A stretch of 45,433 bases of DNA. It comes from an uncultured Candidatus Saccharibacteria bacterium (GTDB taxonomy: Bacteria > Patescibacteriota > Doudnabacteria > UBA920 > 2-01-FULL-46-14). The notes below the pieces were generated by a model that saw only the letters and a program-made list of their open reading frames with translations, did no database searches and was not told the DNA's origin. Position numbers and translations under genes: made by a program. This document shows positions 25,058 through 36,284 of the stretch, piece by piece. The stretch lies in NCBI GenBank assembly GCA_964360335.1, contig CAYHVH010000001.1, positions 89,426 to 134,858 on the forward strand. The letters run 5' to 3'. Numbering within the stretch: position 1 is the stretch's first letter; each line of letters begins with the position of its first letter.

Positions 25058-27901
25058 ATGGTAAAAAAGAAGACAAGCTTGGAAAGCTTGGGTGCTGCCG
25101 GTCTCATCAAGATCCGGGGAGCCAAGGTTCACAACCTCAAAAATCTTGACCTAGATTTGCCGCGCAACAAACTCATTGTTTTTACCGGCCTGTCCGGCTC
25201 AGGCAAGTCCTCCTTGGCGTTTGACACGATTTATGCCGAGGGCCAGCGCCGATATGTGGAGAGCCTTTCGGCTTACGCGCGGCAATTTTTGGGATTGATG
25301 GACAAGCCAGACGTGGAGCAGATCGAAGGCCTAAGCCCGGCGATTTCCATAGACCAAAAATCCGCCTCGCACAACCCCCGATCCACGGTCGGCACGGTGA
25401 CCGAAATTTATGACTATTTGCGCTTGCTGTTCGCCCGGGTTGGGCGCCCCCATTGCCCGGTTTGCGGCCAAAAGATTGCGGGGCAAACGGTGACCCAAAT
25501 GGTGGATCAGATTTTGGCGTATCCGGAAAATACGAAACTTATGATTCTCGCCCCTTTCGTTGCTGACCGGAAAGGCGAGCACAAGCATGCTTTGGAAGAA
25601 ATCAAAAAAGCCGGCTACGCGCGCATCCGCCTGGACGGGACGTTCCTGGATTTGGACGAGGCCCTGGCTTTAACGCTCGATAAAAAAAAGAAGCATTCTC
25701 TGGACGTGGTCGTGGATCGGCTGGTTTTGGGGGTGGAGCGCTCCCGGCTTTCGGATTCTTTGGAAACGGCTCTGGATTTGGGGGCCGAGACCGCGGTTTT
25801 GCATTTTGTGGACGAGCGGAAAGACATCATTCTTTCGCAAAAATTTGCCTGTCCAGAGGGGCACGTGGCCTTGCCGGAGCTCAATCCCCGGAATTTTTCT
25901 TTCAACTCCCCGCACGGGGCCTGCCCGGATTGCACTGGTTTGGGCACGAAGCTGGAGGTTGATCCGGCGCTGGTCATTCCCAACCGGCGGTTGTCCCTGG
26001 CAGAAGGAGCGATTCGGCCGTGGAGCAAAACCACGGCGCGCTTGTCCTGGTATGACCGGATTTTGGCGGCGGTCGGCGAGGCCTACGGTTTTTCCGTGCA
26101 TCTACCGGTGAAGGAGTTGCCGCAAAAATTCATTGATTTGGTGCTGTACGGCTCGGGGAGCAAGGCCATCGAGATGGACGGCGGTCCAGCGCCCTTTGAG
26201 GGAGTGATCCCCAATCTCCTGCGCCGCTACCGGGAAACGGATTCTGATTATATGCGCTCGGAAATCGAACAGTATATGCGGTTGCAAATTTGTCCAACTT
26301 GTCAGGGTAAACGGTTGCGTCCGGAAGTCCTGGCGGTCACGATTGAGGACAAATCGATTATGGACGTTGCGGAAATGAACGTCGGGCTGTTGCAGGGATT
26401 TTTTGGAGTTTTGGAAAAACGGCTTTCCGAAAAAGACCGGAAAATTGCCCGGCAGATCCTCAAAGAAATCCGGGCGCGCCTCCGGTTTTTGGAAAATGTG
26501 GGGCTAGAGTATCTGACGCTGAACCGCGCCGCGAGTACGCTTTCCGGCGGGGAGGCGCAACGCATCCGGCTTGCTACCCAGATTGGCTCTGGGCTCACCG
26601 GGGTGCTGTATATTTTGGACGAACCTTCGATCGGGTTGCATCAACGGGATAACGCGCGGCTTTTGGCGACCTTGAAGAGCCTCCGGGATTTGGGCAATAC
26701 CGTGATTGTCGTGGAGCATGACGAGGAAACGATTCTTGCGGCCGATTGGGTCGTGGATATCGGTCCGGGCGCCGGCAAACACGGCGGTCAAATCGTAGCC
26801 GCTGCTACCCCCCAGGAGCTCAAGAACAATCCCGCTTCTTTGACCGGCCGCTACCTTCTAGGGCTTGAGACCATTCCGGTACCGCCGCGGCGCCGGGCCG
26901 GCAGCGGCCGGCGGCTGTCGATCGTCGGGGCCAGGGAGCATAATTTGCAAAACCTCGATGTGGAAATTCCGCTGGGTAAGTTCATCTGCATTACCGGGGT
27001 TTCCGGTTCGGGCAAATCCACCCTCCTGAATGATATTTTGGCCAAAGCCCTGGCCTCCTATTTCTACAACGCCAAAGAGCTCCCCGGGGAGCATAAAAAA
27101 ATTCTCGGCCTCGATCACATAGATAAAGTCATCAACATTGACCAGTCGCCCATCGGCCGCACGCCCCGCAGCAACCCCGCGACCTATACCGGGGTGTTTA
27201 CCTACATTCGCGACCTCTTCGCTTCGACCCCCGAGGCGAAGATGCGCGGTTACCAATCCGGCCGGTTTTCTTTCAATGTCAAAGGCGGCCGGTGCGAGGT
27301 TTGCTCCGGCGACGGCGTGATTCAGATTGAAATGCATTTTTTGCCTGATGTTTACGTGACCTGCGAGGAGTGCAAAGGCAAGCGTTACAACAAGGAAGCT
27401 CTCGCCATACACTACAAGGGCAAAAACATTGCCGACATTTTGGAGATGACCGTGGATGAAGCCCGGATATTTTTTCGCAACCTGCCGGCCATCTTCCGTA
27501 AACTGGACGTCCTGTCTTTGGTCGGGCTGGGCTACATGCACTTGGGCCAGCCGGCCACCACCCTCTCCGGCGGAGAAGCGCAGCGAATCAAACTCTCGAC
27601 CGAACTCTCCCGCACCCAAACCGGCAAGACTTTGTACATTTTGGACGAGCCGACCACTGGCCTGCATTTTGACGATGTCAAGAGACTTTTAGACGTCCTG
27701 ACCAAGCTCGTGGAAAAAGGGAATACCGTAATCGTGATTGAACATAATATGCACGTCATCAAATGCGCGGATTGGATTGTTGACCTGGGTCCCGAGGGGG
27801 GTGATCGGGGCGGGCGGCTGGTGGCGGAAGGCACGCCCGAGGAAGTCGCCCGGGTCAAAAAGTCCTACACCGGGCAGTATTTGAAGAAAATTTTGAAATA
27901 A
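25058..27901 (+). CDS. uvrA: Excinuclease ABC subunit A
   Basis: Two ABC ATPase modules ([24 protein letters not shown]) and Zn fingers. Confidence 0.98.
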   Translation: MVKKKTSLESLGAAGLIKIRGAKVHNLKNLDLDLPRNKLIVFTGLSGSGKSSLAFDTIYAEGQRRYVESLSAYARQFLGLMDKPDVEQIEGLSPAISIDQKSASHNPRSTVGTVTEIYDYLRLLFARVGRPHCPVCGQKIAGQTVTQMVDQILAYPENTKLMILAPFVADRKGEHKHALEEIKKAGYARIRLDGTFLDLDEALALTLDKKKKHSLDVVVDRLVLGVERSRLSDSLETALDLGAETAVLHFVDERKDIILSQKFACPEGHVALPELNPRNFSFNSPHGACPDCTGLGTKLEVDPALVIPNRRLSLAEGAIRPWSKTTARLSWYDRILAAVGEAYGFSVHLPVKELPQKFIDLVLYGSGSKAIEMDGGPAPFEGVIPNLLRRYRETDSDYMRSEIEQYMRLQICPTCQGKRLRPEVLAVTIEDKSIMDVAEMNVGLLQGFFGVLEKRLSEKDRKIARQILKEIRARLRFLENVGLEYLTLNRAASTLSGGEAQRIRLATQIGSGLTGVLYILDEPSIGLHQRDNARLLATLKSLRDLGNTVIVVEHDEETILAADWVVDIGPGAGKHGGQIVAAATPQELKNNPASLTGRYLLGLETIPVPPRRRAGSGRRLSIVGAREHNLQNLDVEIPLGKFICITGVSGSGKSTLLNDILAKALASYFYNAKELPGEHKKILGLDHIDKVINIDQSPIGRTPRSNPATYTGVFTYIRDLFASTPEAKMRGYQSGRFSFNVKGGRCEVCSGDGVIQIEMHFLPDVYVTCEECKGKRYNKEALAIHYKGKNIADILEMTVDEARIFFRNLPAIFRKLDVLSLVGLGYMHLGQPATTLSGGEAQRIKLSTELSRTQTGKTLYILDEPTTGLHFDDVKRLLDVLTKLVEKGNTVIVIEHNMHVIKCADWIVDLGPEGGDRGGRLVAEGTPEEVARVKKSYTGQYLKKILK

Positions 27902-27985
27902 AAAAAGGGGGTCGCGCGACGAACTTTGTCAAACGCGATCCCCGCGGATATGTTTACCTCTCGGCTCCTGCGCGGCGCCTGGGGC

Positions 27986-28264
27986 TTACTTAAATAGTCC
28001 GAAGCTTTCAAGCGCCGGCCAGCTCACTACGATTGCACCGAGCAGAAGGACCAGAATCGCAGCGATAACAACGATTTTGTGCCACCAGAGGCGCGACTCC
28101 CGTAACCGGGTTTTGCGCTCGCGCTCCTCATCGGACAGGCCCCGGTTGCCAGTGAGGTTCTGATCCAGCTCCCGGTCGAGTTTTGCGATCCTGAAGTTCA
28201 GAAGTACAAATCCTGCGAAAAGTCCGGCAAGGGTAATCCCGATAACAATCAGCCACTCGTTCAT
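27986..28264 (-). CDS. Hypothetical two-TM membrane protein
   Basis: AAGGAGG RBS before ATG 28264; two hydrophobic helices. Confidence 0.6.
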   Translation of the reverse strand: MNEWLIVIGITLAGLFAGFVLLNFRIAKLDRELDQNLTGNRGLSDEERERKTRLRESRLWWHKIVVIAAILVLLLGAIVVSWPALESFGLFK

Positions 28265-28329
28265 TGGTTTTCCTCCTTCTAGACCAGCTTTCGAGTTTAG
28301 CATATAATTTAGGGAATTGGCAAATCACT

Positions 28330-28905
28330 ATGAGAAACTTGGGGCGAAGAGTGCTGTGGTCGGTCGGGATAGCGGGGGTGGCTTTTGTGCTCCTCAATGC
28401 CCAGTTTTTCTGGGTCAATTTTCAATATACTTTTTCCCAGCCCCCAAGCCCGGGACCAGAGCCTCTCAAGATGGCACCGAATACCTTGCTCGTTGCCAGT
28501 TTGCGGATTAAAGCGCCGGTTCATTATGTTGCAGAGGACGCAGAGGCAGTTTTTCAGCAAGCTTTGCAGAACGGGGTCGTGCATTATCCGGGGACGGCCC
28601 AGCCGGGGGAGCCGGGCAATGTCTATATTTTCGGCCATTCTTCTGATAACGCCTGGGCCAAAGGCCAGTACAAGACAGTCTTTGCGCTCCTGCCCCGCAT
28701 TGAAAAAGGAGCGCCGATTCTCCTCTCTGACGCAGAAGGACGAATTTTTACTTATCTCGTCAGGGACAACTTTTCGATTAGTGTCCGCGATCGACGATGG
28801 CTAAGTCAGGAAAATTCCGAAAGGCGGCTTTTGACTTTGCAAACCAGTTATCCGGTGGGGACTTCCCTGGGCCGCTATATCGTGGTGGCGGAGCTAACTG
28901 AATAA
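28330..28905 (+). CDS. Sortase family protein with Ser in place of the catalytic Cys
   Basis: GVVHYPGTAQPGEPGNVYIFGHSS, LTLQTSYP and RYIVVAEL motifs; N-terminal TM. Confidence 0.85.
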   Translation: MRNLGRRVLWSVGIAGVAFVLLNAQFFWVNFQYTFSQPPSPGPEPLKMAPNTLLVASLRIKAPVHYVAEDAEAVFQQALQNGVVHYPGTAQPGEPGNVYIFGHSSDNAWAKGQYKTVFALLPRIEKGAPILLSDAEGRIFTYLVRDNFSISVRDRRWLSQENSERRLLTLQTSYPVGTSLGRYIVVAELTE

Positions 28906-28999
28906 CCCTGTAAGCCTTGGCGGATTCGGCGGGCGAGAGTCGGATTAATTTTTTACGAGCGGGTTCCTAGACACGCTAAGATTAATCAAAACCCTTCTC

Positions 29000-29035
29000 T
29001 TAGCACTTGACACTGTTGAGTGCTAAAATTATACT
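29000..29035 (+). promoter_or_regulatory. CIRCE operator overlapping the hrcA promoter
   Basis: TTAGCACTT-N9-GAGTGCTAA (29000-29026); TTGACA (29007)-17 bp-TATACT (29030). Confidence 0.93.
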
Positions 29036-29046
29036 ATAGGGTAGTT

Positions 29047-29796
29047 ATGGAAAACCTTACCCCTCGTCAAGCGCAAATTTTGGCCGCGGTGGTCCGCGAA
29101 TACAGCAAGCACGGCGAGCCGGTCGGCTCGGAAGATTTGGCCCAAAAGTACCGGCTGGGAGTGAGTTCGGCCACCGTCCGCAACGAAATGCAGGCTTTGG
29201 AGAAGTCTGGCTTGATCACCCAGCCGCATACCTCGGCCGGGCGTGTCCCCACCGACCGCGGCTACCGCTACTTTGTCAGCAAGCTCATGCACCATCTCGC
29301 GCTGTCGACCGTTGAGCAGAATCGTCTGAAACAGGAATTGGCCCAACTGCAGCGGCAGTATCTCGAGTTGGGACGAGGACTCAGCAAGTTACTGGCGCAG
29401 CACGCGGAGGGGGCGACATTTACCTTGCTCCCCGAGAGTGTGACGACAAGCGGCTTGGCAAAGGTTCTGCAAGAGGACGTGCGTCGCGAAGAACTTCGGG
29501 AATTAGCCGAGTTTCTGGAAGAACTGCAAGATCACAGCCAGGCTCTTCTGAAGAGGGATTTTCGAGCGGTCCAGACTTTCATCGGCAAGGAAGCGCCCAT
29601 TCCCTTGGCCTCGGATTTTAGCTTGGTGGTCACGAACGTTCTGCTGCCCAGCGGGGAAAAGGGCTTAATCGGCATCGTGGGCCTGAAACGGATGAAATAC
29701 GCCAGGAATATTTCGCTCCTGGAGTACATTTCCAAGTTGCTCTCCTCCGGTCTAGCTTTATTTTTGATAATATTCTTAAACGGCCGGCCGGTCTAA
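29047..29796 (+). CDS. hrcA: Heat-inducible transcription repressor HrcA
   Basis: EPVGS, SSATVRNEM, QPHTSAGRVPTDRGYRYFV motifs; CIRCE upstream. Confidence 0.95.
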   Translation: MENLTPRQAQILAAVVREYSKHGEPVGSEDLAQKYRLGVSSATVRNEMQALEKSGLITQPHTSAGRVPTDRGYRYFVSKLMHHLALSTVEQNRLKQELAQLQRQYLELGRGLSKLLAQHAEGATFTLLPESVTTSGLAKVLQEDVRREELRELAEFLEELQDHSQALLKRDFRAVQTFIGKEAPIPLASDFSLVVTNVLLPSGEKGLIGIVGLKRMKYARNISLLEYISKLLSSGLALFLIIFLNGRPV

Positions 29797-29799
29797 ACC

Positions 29800-30288
29800 A
29801 TGCCGAATGACCAAATAACGAAGTCAGACGTCGGCAAGCTTACCCAAGAGCTTGAGGAGTATAAAAAGAAGGCCGAGGAATACTTAAACTCTTGGAAGCG
29901 CACGGCCGCCGATTTTGAAAATTACCAGAAGCGCCGGACGAAAGAGGATCGGGAATTATTGCAGTTTGCCCAGGAAGTGACCGTGGTAAAAATCTTACCG
30001 ACTTTGGAAAGTTTGGAGCAGGCTGTAAGACATGCCCCGGCCGACGAGCGGTTTCAAACTTGGTCCGAAGGAGTGGTAAAAATTGTGCAGCAGTTGGAGA
30101 AGAGTTTGCTGGAGATGGGCATTGCGAAAATTAAAAGCCTGGGAGAGCAGTTTGACCCCCGCCTGCACGAGGCAGTGGAGCAGGTCGAGTCAGACCAAGC
30201 CCGGGGGACGATTGTGGAGGAAATCCAGACCGGCTATAAATTAAACGATAAAGTCATCAGGCCCGCGAAAGTGAAAGTTGCAAAATAA
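29800..30288 (+). CDS. grpE: Nucleotide exchange factor GrpE
   Basis: ADFENYQKR, FDPRLHEAV and GY...VIRPAKVKV motifs. Confidence 0.96.
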   Translation: MPNDQITKSDVGKLTQELEEYKKKAEEYLNSWKRTAADFENYQKRRTKEDRELLQFAQEVTVVKILPTLESLEQAVRHAPADERFQTWSEGVVKIVQQLEKSLLEMGIAKIKSLGEQFDPRLHEAVEQVESDQARGTIVEEIQTGYKLNDKVIRPAKVKVAK

Positions 30289-30359
30289 ACTACGAAAGTA
30301 CGAAACAGTACGAAAATACGAACTTTCGCACTTTCGTAAAAGATTCGTAAGTTCGTAGT
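30289..30359. repeat. TACGAA/TTCGTA repeat hairpin in the grpE-dnaK spacer
   Basis: Four TACGAA units followed by complementary TTCG(C/T)A units. Confidence 0.7.
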
Positions 30360-30376
30360 AAGAAAGGAGAATTATT

Positions 30377-32209
30377 ATGCCAAAAATCATCGGAATCGAT
30401 CTCGGAACTTCCAATTCCGCCGCCGCCGTCCTCGAAGGCGGTAAGCCAATAATTATTCCTTCGGCCGAGGGCACTACGGTAGGCGGGGGGAAGGCGTTTC
30501 CTTCCTACGTGGCCTTTACCCGAGATGGTGAACTCTTGGTTGGCGAACCGGCCCGCCGGCAAGCGGTTACCAACCCGGAGGGCACGGCTTTTGCCGTGAA
30601 GCGGAAGATGGGCACGAAAGAGAAGATTCAGCTTTACGGCAAGGAATACACGCCGGAGCAGATGTCAGCTTTCATTTTGCAGAAAATCAAAAAAGACTCC
30701 GAGGCGTATTTGGGCGAACCTCTGCAAAAGGCCGTTATCACCGTGCCCGCGTATTTTGACGATGCCGAGCGGCAGGCCACCAAAAACGCCGGAGAGATCG
30801 CGGGACTCGAGGTCATTCGGATTATTAACGAACCCACGGCCGCCGCTCTGGCGTATGGTCTGGATAAGGGCAAAGGGGAGCAGAAGATTCTGGTTTTTGA
30901 TTTCGGCGGCGGGACCCTGGATGTAACGATTATGGATTTCGGTCAAGGGGTGTTTGAGGTTATTTCCACCTCGGGCGATACTCATCTGGGCGGCACGGAT
31001 ATGGACAGCGTGGTCATGGATTACATTGCCGCGGAGTTTCAGAAGGGATCGGGGATTGACATCCGCAAGGACAAGATGGCTTTCAACCGGCTGAAGGAGG
31101 CGGCGGAGAAAGCGAAGATCGAGCTCTCCACTACTCTGGAAACGGAGATTAATTTGCCGTTTATCACAGCCGATGCTTCGGGTCCAAAGCATTTGACGAT
31201 GAAGATGACGCGAGCCAAACTTGAGGAGTTGGTGCGCCCGATTGTTGAACGAACCCGCCATTCCCTGGAGCAGGCCCTCTCGGATGCGAAGCTTTCCCCT
31301 CCGGACATCGACAAGGTCCTGATGGTCGGCGGGCCGACCCGGATGCCGATCGTCCAAAAGTTTATTGAGGATTTTCTGGGCAAGAAGGTCGAGCGGGGGG
31401 TGGACCCCATGGAGGCGGTAGCCAAGGGAGCGGCCATCCAGGCTGGTGTTCTGGGCGGGGAGGTAAAAGACGTTTTGCTCTTAGACGTGACGCCTTTGAC
31501 TTTGGGGATTGAAACTTTGGGAGGGGTGGCGACTCCTTTGATCGAACGGAATACTACTATCCCCACGGCCAAGTCCCAAGTTTTTTCGACCGCTGCGGAT
31601 AGCCAGACCTCGGTGGAAATCCATATTTTGCAAGGGGAACGGCCTCTGGCGGCGGACAACAAATCCCTGGGGCGATTTATTTTGGACGGTATTCCGTCAG
31701 CCCCTCGGGGTATCCCGCAAATCGAGGTGACCTTTGATATTGATGCAAACGGGATTTTGACGGTCACCGCCAAGGACAAAGCGACTAACAAAGCCCAGCA
31801 CATTACGATTTCCGGCTCTTCTAACTTATCGAAAGAGGAGATAGAACGGATGAGGAAAGAGGCCGAAGCCCACGCCGTCGAAGACCGGAAACGGCGGGAG
31901 CTCATTGAGGTCCGCAATCAAGCCGATCAGCTGATTCACGTCGTGGAAAAAACTCTCAAAGACGCCGGGAACAAAGTTGACAGTAAAGTTCGGGCAGACC
32001 TGGAGAGCAAGGTTCAGGAGCTTCGGAAAATTAAGGACGGGAGTGACGCCGAAGCCATTCGGAAACAAATGGAGCTTATCAGTCAGGAAATCCAAAAAGT
32101 GGGCGCTCAAATGTACTCGGCCTCGGGCAAAACAGACAAGCCGGGCGGTGAGGACAAGAACAAGGACAAGGGCAAACCCGAGGACGCCCAGTTTGAAGAG
32201 AAAAAATAA
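30377..32209 (+). CDS. dnaK: Molecular chaperone DnaK
   Basis: [28 protein letters not shown] and [10 protein letters not shown] motifs. Confidence 0.98.
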   Translation: MPKIIGIDLGTSNSAAAVLEGGKPIIIPSAEGTTVGGGKAFPSYVAFTRDGELLVGEPARRQAVTNPEGTAFAVKRKMGTKEKIQLYGKEYTPEQMSAFILQKIKKDSEAYLGEPLQKAVITVPAYFDDAERQATKNAGEIAGLEVIRIINEPTAAALAYGLDKGKGEQKILVFDFGGGTLDVTIMDFGQGVFEVISTSGDTHLGGTDMDSVVMDYIAAEFQKGSGIDIRKDKMAFNRLKEAAEKAKIELSTTLETEINLPFITADASGPKHLTMKMTRAKLEELVRPIVERTRHSLEQALSDAKLSPPDIDKVLMVGGPTRMPIVQKFIEDFLGKKVERGVDPMEAVAKGAAIQAGVLGGEVKDVLLLDVTPLTLGIETLGGVATPLIERNTTIPTAKSQVFSTAADSQTSVEIHILQGERPLAADNKSLGRFILDGIPSAPRGIPQIEVTFDIDANGILTVTAKDKATNKAQHITISGSSNLSKEEIERMRKEAEAHAVEDRKRRELIEVRNQADQLIHVVEKTLKDAGNKVDSKVRADLESKVQELRKIKDGSDAEAIRKQMELISQEIQKVGAQMYSASGKTDKPGGEDKNKDKGKPEDAQFEEKK

Positions 32210-32215
32210 GGCAGG

Positions 32216-32280
32216 CGACCTCTCCTGGCCTCCGGCCACCCTCCCCAGGCCTGGGGAGGGATTAAGGGAGAGGTCGAACC
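32216..32280. repeat. CCCTCCCC-family palindrome, intergenic copy
   Basis: CGACCTCTCC...CCCTCCCCAGGCCTGGGGAGGG...GGAGAGGTCG. Confidence 0.8.
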
Positions 32281-32283
32281 GTG

Positions 32284-33447
32284 ATGGATAGAGATTACTA
32301 TCAAATTTTAGGAGTGGGACGCAGTGCCTCCAAGGACGAAATCAAACGGGCCTATCGTCGGCTGGCGCACGAGCATCACCCCGACAAGGGCAGTGGAGAG
32401 GCGGCGAAGTTCAAAGAAATCAACGAAGCCTACGAGGTTCTCTCCGATGAGGGAAAACGCGCCCAATACGATCAGTTCGGGGAGACGTTTGAGCAGGCCC
32501 GGGCGCGGGGCGGGGCGGGCTTTGGCGGGTTTGGGGGGTTTGCCGATTTTTCGGACTTTGTGCGGGGATTTGGCGAGAATTACTCCCGGGGGCCGTTTTC
32601 CGGTATGGAGTTTGATTTCGGCGACGTCTTCTCTGATATCTTTGGTGCTCCGCGGCAGGCCAGACGCCAACAGGGCATTGATTTGGAGATGGAACTGACG
32701 GTTGATTTTTTGGACGGCGTTTTCGGCACGGAGCAGGAAATCAGTCTGGAAAAAAATGCTCACTGCCCGGCCTGTCAGGGCAGCGGCGCGGCGGCCGGAA
32801 GCAAAGTCGTATCTTGTCCCAAATGCCACGGCACGGGACAGCTGACTGAACACCGGCGAACGATTCTGGGGAGTTTCCAGCAAGTGCGGGTTTGCGACAA
32901 ATGCGAGGGTTTGGGGAAGGTGCCGGAGGAGCTGTGCCAGACCTGTCGCGGTCGGGGGATAAAGAAAATGACCAAGCGGGTCAAAGTCATTGTGCCGCCG
33001 GGCATTGACGATGGCCAGCGGCTGAAGCTCACGGGCGAGGGAGAGGTTGGCTATCGGGGAAGCCACCCGGGCGATTTGTATCTGGTGATTCATGTCCGAA
33101 CCCATCCGGAATTTCGGCGACAGGAGTTTGAAATTTTCTCGGAAGTTCCGGTAGGGATTTATCAAGCAACCTTGGGGGCAAAGGTGGAGATCAACACCGT
33201 GGACGGCAAAGTTTGGCTCAAGATTCCCGCCGGTACGCAATCCGGGAATGTCTTGCGGCTTAAGGGCAAGGGCGTACCATATCTGGAAAGCACGAAGCGC
33301 GGGGATCACCTGGTGACCATTCGGGTCGTCACCCCCACGAAACTTACGAAAAAAGAAAAAGAACTTTTCCAAAAACTGGCCGAGGAGCGGGGGGAGAGTC
33401 TCGATGTCGATGATGGCTTGTGGAGCAAGATCAAAGATAATCTATGA
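32284..33447 (+). CDS. dnaJ: Molecular chaperone DnaJ
   Basis: HPD J-domain, G/F region, four CxxCxGxG repeats. Confidence 0.97.
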   Translation: MDRDYYQILGVGRSASKDEIKRAYRRLAHEHHPDKGSGEAAKFKEINEAYEVLSDEGKRAQYDQFGETFEQARARGGAGFGGFGGFADFSDFVRGFGENYSRGPFSGMEFDFGDVFSDIFGAPRQARRQQGIDLEMELTVDFLDGVFGTEQEISLEKNAHCPACQGSGAAAGSKVVSCPKCHGTGQLTEHRRTILGSFQQVRVCDKCEGLGKVPEELCQTCRGRGIKKMTKRVKVIVPPGIDDGQRLKLTGEGEVGYRGSHPGDLYLVIHVRTHPEFRRQEFEIFSEVPVGIYQATLGAKVEINTVDGKVWLKIPAGTQSGNVLRLKGKGVPYLESTKRGDHLVTIRVVTPTKLTKKEKELFQKLAEERGESLDVDDGLWSKIKDNL

Positions 33448-33533
33448 AGAATTTTTAATTAAACTAATTTCTAAAATTTTGGTCATTAGAATTTGTTTAG
33501 GATTTAGGAATTAGAAATTAGGAATTTGCAAAC

Positions 33534-34031
33534 GTGTTAGGGCAATTTGCGAATATTTTTAATTTCTCCTCCTGGGATTTCTTCCTGCTTGTTTTTCTTG
33601 TCGTTGTTACCCTCGGCTATACTTTTCTTTTTGTGGTGCGCGGTAAAATCCTGCCGCTTTTGGTTTCAACCAGCCTGTCGTTTTTTCTCCTTAAGTATGT
33701 GCCGTTTGCGGTGTTTCAAGCTTTTCCTTCGCAACTTGTTGCCTTTGTGGTAGTGCTTTTGGTCATGGTGTTTATCCTCTCGCGCGTGATTTTTCAATCC
33801 CCGGTCGGTTCGGAAACTTTCGGGATTTTTCCGTCTTTGGTTTTGGCTTTGACCCAGACTGGATTCTTGCTCGCGGTCGCCGCAAGTTTTTTCCCGCCAG
33901 AAATCGTTCGGGAGTTCGGGGAGTTGGGCCAGAGAGTTTTTGTGGGCGATCAGGCGATTTTTTATTGGGCTTTGGTTTCGGTGGTGTTGCTGCTTTTGAT
34001 CGGCCGCAAGGCAAATTTGGAAGTGGGCTAA
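33534..34031 (+). CDS. Hypothetical multi-TM membrane protein
   Basis: 165 aa, about 5 hydrophobic helices; GTG start. Confidence 0.65.
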   Translation: MLGQFANIFNFSSWDFFLLVFLVVVTLGYTFLFVVRGKILPLLVSTSLSFFLLKYVPFAVFQAFPSQLVAFVVVLLVMVFILSRVIFQSPVGSETFGIFPSLVLALTQTGFLLAVAASFFPPEIVREFGELGQRVFVGDQAIFYWALVSVVLLLLIGRKANLEVG

Positions 34032-34079
34032 AAAAAATCGGCAGAAGGAGGGGACTTTCCTTCTGCCGCGGGCCGCGCG

Positions 34080-34451
34080 TCAGGCGGGGAACAAAACCCG
34101 GAATTTTTTGTGGCAGTGCCAACAAGTCCTAATTATCCGTTGGGACTCGGTGGCTGGATTCCCGCAGTGCGGGCACAGAATTATTTGGTGGCCGTCCATC
34201 TCGGCTAACCGGAGCGCTTGCTTCCGAGTCGGGTGCTGACCCGGCGCTGGGGATTTTTTGGCGGAATCTGCTACCATGACCTCCCGGTGTTTGGGCCAGA
34301 CTCGCTTTCGAAGCTCGGCGGCTTGGCTGCTAGTAAGATGACCAAGTCCGAGGGATTGATTGCAAACGAGTCGATTGCGACCCCTTGGCTGAAAGGTTAG
34401 CCGGTTACTTTCTCTGATGCTCAAGACGTCGAAGGGAATACCGCGTTTCAT
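34080..34451 (-). CDS. Hypothetical protein with C-terminal Zn ribbon
   Basis: CPHC...CWHC; GGAGG RBS; downstream terminator. Confidence 0.6.
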   Translation of the reverse strand: MKRGIPFDVLSIRESNRLTFQPRGRNRLVCNQSLGLGHLTSSQAAELRKRVWPKHREVMVADSAKKSPAPGQHPTRKQALRLAEMDGHQIILCPHCGNPATESQRIIRTCWHCHKKFRVLFPA

Positions 34452-34638
34452 AAGACCCTCCAGTTTTGCTTTGGGATGACTTCAAAGGATAGTGGAAAAA
34501 GCAGATAAAGTCAAGGGCAGAAGAAAATAAAATCCGCCGGAATTAAGCGAAGCGCCGGTGAAGTTTAATGATCATACTACCTACGCTTACGGCTCGCAAA
34601 GCCACATAATCAAGTAAGCGAAACGAAGTGAAGTTTAC

Positions 34639-34715
34639 TGGTGGGTCGGGTGGGAATCGAACCCACGACCGTTGGCTTAAAAGGCCACTGCTCTACCAGG
34701 CTGAGCTACCGACCC
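34639..34715 (-). tRNA. tRNA-Lys (TTT)
   Basis: GGGTCGG acceptor; TGGC-CTTTTAA-GCCA anticodon arm; TTCGATT T-loop; CCA. Confidence 0.96.
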
Positions 34716-34804
34716 GATGGAACTTAAGTAATTATAGAGAAAGTCGGGAGAGATTTCAATCTCTAGTCGCCATCGAGGCGGTTTTTTGTTAGGATTCAGT
34801 TGAT

Positions 34805-35491
34805 ATGAAGGACTTTTTGCGTTATGCTCTCGCCCCAATAATTTTGCTGATTATTTTTTCGGCGTTTATTGTGCTGTATAATCTTTTTAGGCTGCCTCCC
34901 CCGTCCGAACTTATCGAAATCGTCAAGCGGTATTACTTGGAACATAATCCTTACCTGGTGGTTTTTCTGGGTGCGTTGGTGGAAGGCCTGTTATTTATCA
35001 ACTGGTATTTACCAGGATCGATTATTATCGTCTTGGGAGTAATTTTTGCTCGGGATTCCGGCTTTAGCGTACTCGTAGTTGTCTTCCTTATCATCCTCGG
35101 TTTTTTGCTGACTTCTATTGCCAATTATTTTTTAGGCAAATACGGTTGGTATCGCTTGTTTTTAAAGCTGGGCCTCCGGGAGCCTTTGGAAAAAGCCAAA
35201 GCTCGAACCGAGAGATATGGGCTGCCCATTGTTTTCAGTACTTACTTTCATCCAAATGTTGGGGCCCTGACCGCCACGAGTGCGGGGATTTTGGGTTTAC
35301 CATTTGCAAAATTCCTTCGGTACTCGACTTTCGCTTTGATTGTGTGGAACGTTCTTTGGGGACTGCTAGTATATTTTATTGGACCAGCAGCGCTGAAGCT
35401 GATGAGCACCTGGGTCATTATTTTGGTTTTAGCTGTCTGGCTGACGTGGTTATCACTGAAGTACTACAAAAATCGAACCCGAGTTAGGTAA
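34805..35491 (+). CDS. DedA family membrane protein
   Basis: LVEG...LPGS, NYFLGKYG and AG...LPFAKFL...W motifs. Confidence 0.85.
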   Translation: MKDFLRYALAPIILLIIFSAFIVLYNLFRLPPPSELIEIVKRYYLEHNPYLVVFLGALVEGLLFINWYLPGSIIIVLGVIFARDSGFSVLVVVFLIILGFLLTSIANYFLGKYGWYRLFLKLGLREPLEKAKARTERYGLPIVFSTYFHPNVGALTATSAGILGLPFAKFLRYSTFALIVWNVLWGLLVYFIGPAALKLMSTWVIILVLAVWLTWLSLKYYKNRTRVR

Positions 35492-35504
35492 AGCTTTGCT
35501 CCTG

Positions 35505-35537
35505 TGAACCATTCCTGCCCGGGGCAGGAATGGTTCA
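35505..35537. repeat. Near-perfect 33-bp palindrome
   Basis: TGAACCATTCCTGCCC-G-GGGCAGGAATGGTTCA. Confidence 0.75.
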
Positions 35538-35614
35538 GCAGCTTTTTGAAGATAAAAAATCAGGCGAGTCTATGGTGGCAGACTCGCCCGGTGATTCCGA
35601 CTCTCGTTCAAGTC

Positions 35615-36103
35615 CTACTCGCAGAAAAGAAACAAGGACAATAAACCACAGAGTATGGTTAACAAGCTGATTGCGGGAGTTAGAAAGTTCCCCCAGTTTC
35701 TCTCCGGATGCGCCATGAGCTTCTGCCCGTCGTACTCCAGCCGGCCAACAGTTGCATATTCAGGCCAGTCGAGCCTGGTCCGCCATTCAGAGCGATAGAA
35801 GACGCCGCTTTCGTCCCGCGGGAGCCAGTAGGTTGTACTGACGAAATGGAACGAAGCGTTGTACGAGACGATCGACCTTGAGCGACTGCTGTGCGCGAGC
35901 TCCAAGAACTCGGAGATACCGTGGTCAATCGTAAATGTGCCGGGTTTCACCTGCGAGCCGGGCAGAACTTCCGCCCCAGTCACCACGGGAAACTCCACCA
36001 CAGCCGGAGCGGGAAGCGGCAGTCGCAGAGCGACGGTTGTCGCCCCTATGCACACGAGCGTGACGAGACCAATTCTCAAAGCTATAGCTTTATGGCTCTT
36101 CAT
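35615..36103 (-). CDS. Hypothetical protein with N- and C-terminal TM helices
   Basis: AGGAGG RBS before ATG 36103. Confidence 0.6.
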   Translation of the reverse strand: MKSHKAIALRIGLVTLVCIGATTVALRLPLPAPAVVEFPVVTGAEVLPGSQVKPGTFTIDHGISEFLELAHSSRSRSIVSYNASFHFVSTTYWLPRDESGVFYRSEWRTRLDWPEYATVGRLEYDGQKLMAHPERNWGNFLTPAISLLTILCGLLSLFLFCE

Positions 36104-36284
36104 GTTTTCCTCCTGACAAGAACGTTGAAACAGTTCATCATAGCAACTGGAAAAACCCAGGTCAAGTCGATGTACAGGTCGGCTGGCGGGGGAATAATGA
36201 TGAGCGTTTGACACCAGCCCGCTGTGTTGTTACCTTTACTCGCGGTATACACTCGAAATCAAAAGGAGGAGTTAGACGAGAGAA

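Noticed and set aside
30289-30359. CRISPR-like array
   Set aside because: Units are 8-10 bp without unique spacers and there are no cas genes; no CRISPR array anywhere in the window
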